From: Chitinophagaceae bacterium
GTDB taxonomy: Bacteria; Bacteroidota; Bacteroidia; Chitinophagales; Chitinophagaceae
NCBI GenBank assembly: GCA_035388625.1
Contig: DAOOQH010000001.1
Coordinates: 463 to 64,462 of the forward strand
Reading direction: 5' to 3'
Length of the DNA stretch: 64,000 nucleotides
Shown piece after piece: positions 55,741-64,000 of the stretch (position 1 is the stretch's first letter; every line of letters starts with the position of its first letter). The position numbers were made by a program, and so were the translations under genes. The notes beneath the pieces are model-generated. The model worked only from the letters and a program-made list of their open reading frames with translations, made no database searches and was not told the origin of the DNA.

Positions 55741-56373
55741 ATGAAGCTCGTATTTCTGTTCATGCTGATGTTTGTTTCAACTCTTTCTTTTTCAACACCT
55801 ACTGAAACATTTAGTTATAGTTCACTTGCACCTAAAAAAAAGAAGTCGAGCAAATTTGATAAATCAAGAATTTTACTTGGTCCTGGCATTGGTTTTGGAG
55901 CTGCCTATCGTGCTTTTTCGTTTAATATTTCACCAAGTGTAGCTTATTGTTTTACTGAAAATTTTTATGCAGGTGCAACCCTTGGTTTTAATTATTTTCA
56001 ATTTTCAGAAGAATATACAAATCCTGTTACTAATTTGCCAGATGTATATAAACAAAAATATCCTGCTTACTCTTTAAGCTTGTATGCACGATATCTATTA
56101 GCCAACTTTTTAATTATAAATTTCGAACCAGAAATCAATAATACCAAGTTTGTCAATAGCATTTCATATAATCAATCAACAGGAAAAATAATTGAAAAAT
56201 CAAGTCGATTATTTGTGCCATCGGTACTTGTAGGCGCTGGATATGCCCAACGATTTAGTGAGTACGCACACTCTTATTTCATGGTTTGCTACGATTTAGT
56301 TCAAAATCCGAACGCCAGATATTATCAAACCTTAGATTATAGAGTAGGCATTATGATTAGTTTGTGGAACTAA
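55741..56373 (+). CDS. hypothetical membrane/outer-membrane protein
   Basis: 210 aa with a signal-like N-terminus, Gly/aromatic-rich beta-strand-like segments and an aromatic penultimate residue. Family not recognised. Confidence 0.45.
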   Translation: MKLVFLFMLMFVSTLSFSTPTETFSYSSLAPKKKKSSKFDKSRILLGPGIGFGAAYRAFSFNISPSVAYCFTENFYAGATLGFNYFQFSEEYTNPVTNLPDVYKQKYPAYSLSLYARYLLANFLIINFEPEINNTKFVNSISYNQSTGKIIEKSSRLFVPSVLVGAGYAQRFSEYAHSYFMVCYDLVQNPNARYYQTLDYRVGIMISLWN

Positions 56374-56527
56374 AACTAACTGAACAACCCATAATCAAAT
56401 ACAAATTTTGATCTTTTCGCATTTGATTTAAACAATCTTTATTTGAGTAAAATATTTAAGATCGATTGATGTATATTGCATTCCCCCACGTTTTAAACCA
56501 ACGTAAATTATATAAAGAAAAAATCGA

Positions 56528-58222
56528 ATGCAGAAAAAATGGATATTAAAACAACCAGATAAAGAGATTGTTCAATTACTGCATCAAGGGCTAAAAATTC
56601 ATCCAGTACTTTGTACTTTATTAGAAGAAAGGGGTATTCAAACATTTGATGAAGCGAAAGTTTTTTTCAGAACTTCTGATCAACAATTACATGATCCTTT
56701 TTTATTGAAAGGGATGAATGAAGCAGTTGAGAGAATTCATCAAGCCATTGAAAAGAAAGAGCGAATACTCATTTATGGTGATTATGATGTTGATGGCACA
56801 ACCGCTGTTGCTGTTGTTTATAGCTATTTTAAATTACTTTCTCCAGAAATAGAATATTATATCCCACATCGATTTACAGAAGGTTATGGGGTTTCGAAAA
56901 AAGGAATTGATTACGCCATAGCTAATGGATTTTCACTTCTTATTACACTCGATTGCGGTATCAAATCTTCAGTACTAATTAAGGAAGCAAAGAATCATCA
57001 AATTGATACCATCGTTTGTGATCATCATATGCCTGATGACGAATTACCTGAGGCCGTTGCCATTTTAAATCCAAAACAAAAAGATTGCCACTACCCTTAT
57101 AAAGAATTATGTGGATGTGGTGTAGGTTATAAACTTATATCAGCCTATGCAGAAAGATATCAAATACATAAAAATGAAGTGAATAAATTTCTTGATTTGG
57201 TAGCCACCGCTATAGCCGCAGATATTGTGCCTATTACTGGCGAAAACAGAACCTTATGTATTTTAGGATTAGAAAAAGCAAATAATAATGCTTCACTTCC
57301 ATTGAAAGCATTACGTTATATTAATGCATTAGAAAAAGAATTTACAATTAACGATCTCGTTTTTATTATTGCGCCTCGCGTGAATGCTGCTGGGCGAATG
57401 GATGATGCACGAAAAGCGGTAGACATGTTTCTTGCAGAAGATTTAGAAAAGGCTAAAGAATTAGCGACCATCCTTCATGAAGATAATAACGATAGAAGAG
57501 ATGTTGACCGTTCAACAACCATTGAAGCGTTAGATTTATTAAAAGATAATGAAGAAGATAAAATACTTAATTCAACAGTTGTATATCAACCGCATTGGCA
57601 CAAAGGAGTTGTTGGGATAGTTGCCTCTCGTTTAATTGAGCATCATTATCGACCAACTGTTGTGCTTACCATGTCAGAAGGAAAAGTAACAGGATCAGCA
57701 AGATCTATCAAAGGATTCAATTTATTTGAAGGATTAAACCAATGTGCTGAATACCTCGAAAATTGGGGTGGACATTATTTTGCTGCCGGACTTACCATGA
57801 AAGAAGAAAACCTTATCCACTTTAAAACTAAATTTAATGAAGTGGTTACAAGTATGGTGCCTAGAGAAATGTTTCAACCTATTATTGAAATTGATGCTGA
57901 AATTGAATTGGATGATATCAACGAAAGTTTTCTGAAAATACTCAAGCAGTTTGCTCCCCATGGGCCAGAAAATATGAAACCTATTTTTATTTCAAAAAAA
58001 GTAAAAGACTATCGTAATTTGTCAACCATTGTAAAAGAAAAACATATCAGGCTTGTTATGCAACAAGGTAATGGCAAAACCATGAATGGCATTGGATTTA
58101 ATTTAGCTGACAAACTCGAACTTGTAAAAACACAACCTGATTTTGACATTCTTTATCATATTGAAGAAAATGAATGGAATGGCAATAAATCAATTCAACT
58201 AAAAATTATTGATATTAGATAA
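56528..58222 (+). CDS. recJ: single-stranded-DNA-specific exonuclease RecJ
   Basis: DHH-family motifs (IYGDYDVDGTT, ITLDCG, CDHH), the DHHA1 motif GGH..AAG and a C-terminal OB-like domain. Confidence 0.95.
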   Translation: MQKKWILKQPDKEIVQLLHQGLKIHPVLCTLLEERGIQTFDEAKVFFRTSDQQLHDPFLLKGMNEAVERIHQAIEKKERILIYGDYDVDGTTAVAVVYSYFKLLSPEIEYYIPHRFTEGYGVSKKGIDYAIANGFSLLITLDCGIKSSVLIKEAKNHQIDTIVCDHHMPDDELPEAVAILNPKQKDCHYPYKELCGCGVGYKLISAYAERYQIHKNEVNKFLDLVATAIAADIVPITGENRTLCILGLEKANNNASLPLKALRYINALEKEFTINDLVFIIAPRVNAAGRMDDARKAVDMFLAEDLEKAKELATILHEDNNDRRDVDRSTTIEALDLLKDNEEDKILNSTVVYQPHWHKGVVGIVASRLIEHHYRPTVVLTMSEGKVTGSARSIKGFNLFEGLNQCAEYLENWGGHYFAAGLTMKEENLIHFKTKFNEVVTSMVPREMFQPIIEIDAEIELDDINESFLKILKQFAPHGPENMKPIFISKKVKDYRNLSTIVKEKHIRLVMQQGNGKTMNGIGFNLADKLELVKTQPDFDILYHIEENEWNGNKSIQLKIIDIR

Positions 58223-58246
58223 AGTGATATCTTTCAAGAACCTTTA

Positions 58247-59098
58247 TTAATCTTTAAAATAATCGAGGAGATCAGATAATTTTTGTTTCAACTCTTTTCG
58301 ATCAACAATAAAATCAAGGAAACCATGTTCGAGTAAAAATTCAGAACGTTGAAAACCTTCAGGTAAATCTTTTTTAATTGTTTCTTTAATAACACGGGGG
58401 CCTGCAAATCCAATTAGCGCACCAGGCTCTGCAATATTTAAATCGCCCAACATCGCATAGGATGCTGTTACACCGCCTGTTGTAGGGTCGGTCATAAATG
58501 AAATAAAAGGCAGTTTAGCTTTTGCAAGTAAGGTTAATTTTGCCGAGGTTTTTGCCATTTGCATAAGTGAAAAAGCACTTTCCATCATACGAGCACCACC
58601 TGATTTTGAAATGATCATAAATGGCAATTTGTTTGCAATTGCATAATCAATAGCCCTTGATATTTTTTCACCCACTACACTCCCCATACTACCACCAATA
58701 AAACTAAAATTCATAGCGGCTGTCACTAATTTTTTTCCATTAATTTCACCCACACCAACTGTTAAAGCGTCTTTTAATCCAGTTGATTTTTGTGCTTCAA
58801 TTATTCTATCTTTATAAGGTTTTAAATCAACGAAACCAAGCTGATCTTTCGACACAATATTTTCAAACAAATGCTCGGCTTTCCCTTCATCATAAATAAT
58901 TTCGAAATACTCTTCAGCATCAATTCGATTATGATGATTACAATTCGGACAAACCCAAAGATGTTCTTTGATTTCATTTACCGTAGATGTTTTCTTACAT
59001 CCCGGACATTTAAACCACAATCCGTCAGGTACATCTTTTTTCTCTTTTGAAGAAGTAAGTATATTTTTCTTTATCCGTTTAAACCAGGTCGATGACAT
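58247..59098 (-). CDS. accD: acetyl-CoA carboxylase carboxyltransferase beta subunit
   Basis: N-terminal Zn ribbon CPGC...CPNC, followed by the carboxyltransferase domain (..FIGGSMGSVVGEK.., ..SGGARM.E..). Confidence 0.95.
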   Translation of the reverse strand: MSSTWFKRIKKNILTSSKEKKDVPDGLWFKCPGCKKTSTVNEIKEHLWVCPNCNHHNRIDAEEYFEIIYDEGKAEHLFENIVSKDQLGFVDLKPYKDRIIEAQKSTGLKDALTVGVGEINGKKLVTAAMNFSFIGGSMGSVVGEKISRAIDYAIANKLPFMIISKSGGARMMESAFSLMQMAKTSAKLTLLAKAKLPFISFMTDPTTGGVTASYAMLGDLNIAEPGALIGFAGPRVIKETIKKDLPEGFQRSEFLLEHGFLDFIVDRKELKQKLSDLLDYFKD

Positions 59099-59326
59099 AG
59101 TTAATTAGTTTTAGTTATTTCAATCTCCACAATTTCTAATGACAGTTCATAACCAAGAGTAAAATCAAAATTGTTTTGAGTCAAATTCCTCTAATTGTTC
59201 ATTTGACAATGATTTAAACCTCAATCTCAACTGTTATACCTCACAAATGTAATATAAAATCGCAAAAATGGTAACAAATTAAAAACTTGATATTGGGTTT
59301 TAATGGTTTGACTCTATATTTATCGA

Positions 59327-61300
59327 ATGAAAAAAATATTACTCTCCATCTTTCTCTCTTTACTGATAAGTTCAAGTTATAGCCAGATAAATAATCCTTG
59401 CGCCGAAACCAAATTAAAAGCGCATTCAAAGCCAATTAAAAAAAGTAGAGCCGGTTTGAGTGATAACATATTAATGAATAAATATGATGTTCATTTTTAC
59501 TTTTTAGATTTAAATATCGAAAGAACATCGACTGTCATTAGTGGCGCAACCACTATTGGTGCTAGAATTACCGCTTTAACAACCGATACCTTTTGCTTTG
59601 AACTCAATCAAAGTTTAATAATTGATAGTATCATTTATAATAATCAAAATCTAACTAAAACACGAGTTGGCTCAATTGTATATGCTCTATTTACAAGTCC
59701 GGTTGCACAAAACACCGACGTTTATATTAAAATTTATTATCATGGTGATGCTTCTGTAACGGGTGCGGGTGCAATTGGTGATGGATTTAGCACTGGCACT
59801 TCAACTTCATGGGGAAATAAAGCAACTTGGAGTTTGAGTGAACCCTATAGTGCATATGAATGGTTTCCATGTAAACAATTTTTACAAGACAAAGCAGATA
59901 GTGCTTGGGTATTTGTAACAACCGATAAAGCCAATAAAGTAGGATCTAATGGTTTATTAGAAGGTGTAGATAGTTTATTACCTGGTAACAAATCGCGCTA
60001 TCGCTGGAAAACAAATTATATGATTGACTATTATTTAATTTCAATTGCGGTTGCAAAATATGTCGATTATACAATTTATGCTCATCCAACTGCTTTAGTA
60101 AATGATTCAATTCCAGTTGTGAATTATATTTATGATAACCCTTCAACCTTGCCAAATTTTAAAGCCAAAATTGATAGTATACCGATGATATTGGAATACT
60201 ATTCAGAATTATTTGGGCTTTATCCCTTTTATCAAGAAAAATACGGGCATTGTATGGCCCCTTTTGGCGGTGGAATGGAACATCAAACCATGACAAGTAT
60301 TGGTAATTTAGGAAGTTATGCAACCAATGCACATGAACTTATGCATCAATGGTTTGGCGATCATGTGACTTGTAAAACTTGGAAAGATATTTTTATTAAT
60401 GAAGGCTTTGCATCTTATGGTGAATATCTTGCTTATGAAAAATTTAGATCTTATGCAGCTGCACAAAATTTAATGAAAAATGTTCATGATAATGTAATGG
60501 TTGATCCGAATGCCATGGTTTATTTTACAGATACAAATGATGTTGGTCGAATATTTGATTCTCGTTTGACTTATGATAAAGGCAATGCTGTGATTCATAC
60601 ATTACGCTTTATTTTAGATGATACTTTGTTTTTTAATGGACTTAAACAATTTCAATCAACCTATTCGTTTTCAACGGCTAGCATTAATGATTTAAAAAAT
60701 TCATTAGAGGCATCCTCAGGAAAAAATTTGACAGATTATTTTTCTCAGTGGATCTTTGGTGAAGGCTATCCTATTTATTCTGCACAATATGCATTTGATG
60801 GAAATAATTTATTTTTAAAAGTAACCCATACCACTTCATCAACGTTCACACCTCTTTTTAAAACCCCATTAGAAATAAAATGCAGCACTAATAGTGGCGA
60901 TACAACCATACTCGTAGATATTACTCAAAATAGCAATACTTTTATGTTCCCTTCTTCGCGAACCTATACCAATCTTAGTTTCGATCCCAATAACTGGTTA
61001 TTAAATGATTCAGGATCGGTTGTAAAGAATTTAGATTTAATTCCGGTTTCAGCAGCCACATTCAATTTAGAAAATAGCGTTCATTTATATCCGAATCCTA
61101 CAAATGATTTTATACAAATTGATTATTCTTCATCTAATCAAGCATATTATATTTTAAGAGAAATGAATGGTCGTGAAATTCAAAAGGCGATACTTTATCC
61201 AAAAAATAAAATAGATTTAACTCGTTTGAGTAGTGGAATTTATTCACTTGAAATTGAAAACTCAACTGGAAAAATCACAAGGAAGGTGATAAAACTTTAA
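59327..61300 (+). CDS. M1-family zinc aminopeptidase with T9SS C-terminal sorting domain (paralogue of 10479..12428)
   Basis: GGMEHQT, HELMHQWFGD, INEGFASY and a Por-type tail (VHLYPNPTNDFIQI ... GIYSLEI). Collinear similarity to the 10479..12428 product along the whole length. Confidence 0.9.
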   Translation: MKKILLSIFLSLLISSSYSQINNPCAETKLKAHSKPIKKSRAGLSDNILMNKYDVHFYFLDLNIERTSTVISGATTIGARITALTTDTFCFELNQSLIIDSIIYNNQNLTKTRVGSIVYALFTSPVAQNTDVYIKIYYHGDASVTGAGAIGDGFSTGTSTSWGNKATWSLSEPYSAYEWFPCKQFLQDKADSAWVFVTTDKANKVGSNGLLEGVDSLLPGNKSRYRWKTNYMIDYYLISIAVAKYVDYTIYAHPTALVNDSIPVVNYIYDNPSTLPNFKAKIDSIPMILEYYSELFGLYPFYQEKYGHCMAPFGGGMEHQTMTSIGNLGSYATNAHELMHQWFGDHVTCKTWKDIFINEGFASYGEYLAYEKFRSYAAAQNLMKNVHDNVMVDPNAMVYFTDTNDVGRIFDSRLTYDKGNAVIHTLRFILDDTLFFNGLKQFQSTYSFSTASINDLKNSLEASSGKNLTDYFSQWIFGEGYPIYSAQYAFDGNNLFLKVTHTTSSTFTPLFKTPLEIKCSTNSGDTTILVDITQNSNTFMFPSSRTYTNLSFDPNNWLLNDSGSVVKNLDLIPVSAATFNLENSVHLYPNPTNDFIQIDYSSSNQAYYILREMNGREIQKAILYPKNKIDLTRLSSGIYSLEIENSTGKITRKVIKL

Positions 61301-61307
61301 AAATTCG

Positions 61308-63134
61308 ATGTCTAAATTTTATTTAATAATTTGTCTAACACTTTTTTTTAGTTCTTATAAAATTCGAGCTCAAATAAGTTTAGATAGTATTAATAAAATA
61401 TATGAAGGTCGCCCTGATACACTTAAAGCAAAAGCCTATTTAGAAATTGCTTCTAGCATTCAAAACAAAAACTATAAACAGTGTTTGGTATTATGTGATG
61501 AAATTATTCGCCTTGGCAAAAATAGCAATCGTTTAAATATTCAAGCCGAAGCCAATCTTCTCAAGGGGTTGACAAATTATTTTGCTGGCGAGTACGATCA
61601 AACGCTATCTTTTTATTTATTATCGATACAGCAATTTGAACAATACAACCAACTTGAAGGCAAGGCAAAAGTGCTAAATGAACTAGGCATATTTTACCGT
61701 CGCCAAAAAAACGATTCAAATGCATTTAAATCTTTTCAGGAAGCTTACGCAATTGCAAATGAAAAAGGCAATGAAGGTATTATGGCAACTGCATTAAATA
61801 ATCAAGGGATCCTATATCAAGATAAAGGTGAACACGATCAAGCAATTCAACTATTTTCACAAGCGCGCACTATCTATGAAAAAATAAAAGACACCATAGG
61901 TATTTCTTATACCATGGATTATGCGTCGGTATCGTTTGCAAAGCAAAATCAGTTTCAACAAGCGATCGATTTACAGACTAAAGCACTAGACATTCGACTT
62001 CATTTACTTGATAGTAATGCCGCTGCATTGTCATTAATTAATTTAGCTGAGATTTCGGAAATGCAAAACGATCCAGATCAATCGAAAAAATATCTTCTTT
62101 CTTGTTTAGAAATCGCGAAAAAAATAAAGTATAAAGATTTAACCGCAACCTGCTATCAAAAGCTTTCAAAAATATATGCTGATCAAGGCAAAACAAAAGA
62201 AGCTTATGATTATCATGTTCAATTTGCTCAATTACAAGATGAAATATTTAATGAAAAGCGTAGTAAACAAATTAGTGAATTACAAACAAAATATGAAACC
62301 GAAAAAAGTGCACGACAAATAGAATCGTTACAAGCGGAAAATACTTTAAAAGAAACTCGAAATAAAAATCAATTCATAGTTTTAATCAGCATATTGATAA
62401 TTTCATTGATTTCATTTCTCGCTTTTTATCATTTTATAAAAAGAAAAAAGCAAAAGGAATTAGATGCTGCCATTATTCATGAAAAAGAAATAAGAAGCAG
62501 GGCCATTATTGAAGCTGAAGAAAAAGAACGCGTGCGTATTGCTCGCGACTTGCATGATGGCGTGGCGCAAACCATGGTGGCGGCAAAAATGCAATTGGAA
62601 GATTATTTAGGAGATCAAAATATTTTAGATCCTAGAAACGCTTCTTTGCAAAATGCTTTCGATTTAATTAAGGACGCCTCAAATGAGGTTCGATCTATAT
62701 CGCATAGCATGATACCGAATGCATTATTAAAATCAGGATTGGTGGCTGCGGTTCGCGATTTTGTGCATCGTATTGGCAATGAAAAACTCAAAATTAATTT
62801 AGAAGTTACAGGTTTAAATAATCGAATAGACAGTGGTGTGGAAACCGTTATTTTTAGAGTATTACAAGAGCTTGTCAATAATATTATCAAACATGCAAAA
62901 GCCTCTGAAATAACGATTCAATTATTTAGAGAAAAAAATGAATTATCATTAATTGTAGAAGATAATGGAGTTGGTTTCGATATTTCAAAACTTACAGAAA
63001 AATCGGGTATGGGATTAAAAAATATTGAATCGCGTGTTGAATATTTAAATGGCACTGTTCATTTTGACTCAACTGTTTCACGAGGCACTACAGTGATTGT
63101 AGAAATACCTATATCCGAAGATTCATATCAGTAA
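61308..63134 (+). CDS. TPR-repeat sensor histidine kinase (HisKA_3/NarL-partner type)
   Basis: Signal/TM, about 300 aa of TPR-like repeats, a coiled coil and a TM helix. These are followed by the H-box RIARDLHDGVAQ and HATPase_c motifs (ELVNNIIKHA, DNGVGF, GMGLKNI). Confidence 0.88.
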   Translation: MSKFYLIICLTLFFSSYKIRAQISLDSINKIYEGRPDTLKAKAYLEIASSIQNKNYKQCLVLCDEIIRLGKNSNRLNIQAEANLLKGLTNYFAGEYDQTLSFYLLSIQQFEQYNQLEGKAKVLNELGIFYRRQKNDSNAFKSFQEAYAIANEKGNEGIMATALNNQGILYQDKGEHDQAIQLFSQARTIYEKIKDTIGISYTMDYASVSFAKQNQFQQAIDLQTKALDIRLHLLDSNAAALSLINLAEISEMQNDPDQSKKYLLSCLEIAKKIKYKDLTATCYQKLSKIYADQGKTKEAYDYHVQFAQLQDEIFNEKRSKQISELQTKYETEKSARQIESLQAENTLKETRNKNQFIVLISILIISLISFLAFYHFIKRKKQKELDAAIIHEKEIRSRAIIEAEEKERVRIARDLHDGVAQTMVAAKMQLEDYLGDQNILDPRNASLQNAFDLIKDASNEVRSISHSMIPNALLKSGLVAAVRDFVHRIGNEKLKINLEVTGLNNRIDSGVETVIFRVLQELVNNIIKHAKASEITIQLFREKNELSLIVEDNGVGFDISKLTEKSGMGLKNIESRVEYLNGTVHFDSTVSRGTTVIVEIPISEDSYQ

Positions 63135-63519
63135 ATTGCGTTGTTTCTTCAGGTTGTATATATTTATAAATTAGATGATTAATTTTACCATACTCATTCA
63201 TGGTAAAGGTTTCTTTAATAATGACACCCGATGATTCAACTAAATTAAGTGTAGTAACCTCACAATCCTTTTTTTCAATTTTAAATTGCGTTACTTTTAA
63301 ATGCCCATACTGCAATCTTAAGGCCTCCCAATAAAGTCTAACATCTTCTTTACCAATTAAAATATTACTTGTATTATCTGGATAAATTTTTGAAATATTC
63401 GGCGATTCAATGATAATATTTGAGTGTAAACAACACATAATTTTATCCATGTCCCAATTGTTCCAGGCATCAGTAAATTCCGAAGAAATTTGCTTTATAA
63501 TGTCATCAAAATGAATCAT
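63109..63519 (-). CDS. NTF2/SnoaL-like hypothetical protein
   Basis: 136 aa. The opening (..F.DAWNNWDMDKIM..LH..I..ESP) resembles SnoaL-like/NTF2 cone proteins. The 3' end overlaps the kinase gene by 26 nt (convergent). Confidence 0.5.
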   Translation of the reverse strand: MIHFDDIIKQISSEFTDAWNNWDMDKIMCCLHSNIIIESPNISKIYPDNTSNILIGKEDVRLYWEALRLQYGHLKVTQFKIEKKDCEVTTLNLVESSGVIIKETFTMNEYGKINHLIYKYIQPEETTQFTDMNLRI

Positions 63520-63609
63520 GCCTTTAAGTCGTGTTTTAAAATCAAAGACAAATAAATAAATGATGGTAATAACTTATGAAATAAACGGCGAATGCAACAA
63601 AAATTACAG

Positions 63610-64000
<391 letters not shown>

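Overview
AT-rich Bacteroidota-type chromosomal segment. Supporting signs are gldB, five proteins with Por/T9SS C-terminal sorting domains, TAnnTTTG -7 promoter boxes and no Shine-Dalgarno-dependent spacing. It holds about 55 densely packed CDS, mostly housekeeping: nadC, gpmI, gldB, uvrA, a Cys-type formate dehydrogenase alpha subunit, pyrF, ligA, rnc, guaA, gpsA, pheS, ddl, moaA, mutL, recJ, accD and a partial pyrH. Interspersed are envelope and secreted proteins: a TonB-dependent receptor with an AraC regulator, OmpA, two paralogous M1 aminopeptidases and a PASTA protein. I see no rRNA, tRNA, CRISPR array, transposase, integrase or prophage genes, so this looks like core genome, not an island. 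No known defence or mobile system is recognisable, and all functional proposals for the items below are inference. Items worth a second look: (1) a two-gene cassette at 31504..32417, a DUF2188-like protein plus a protein whose strand/helix pattern resembles the nucleoside-deoxyribosyltransferase/TIR-like fold, as a possible minimal nucleotide-targeting module. (2) A tandem pair of T9SS-secreted paralogues with a conserved Cys..Cys-His motif at 53678..55628, divergent from an orphan OmpR-type regulator with two perfect palindromes in the spacer. (3) An unusually long (~550 bp) non-coding spacer upstream of uvrA, packed with interleaved inverted repeats, a perfect palindrome and a large stem-closed element ending in a U-tract. 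(4) An orphan promoter-plus-terminator unit at 24965..25087 that looks like a small RNA gene.
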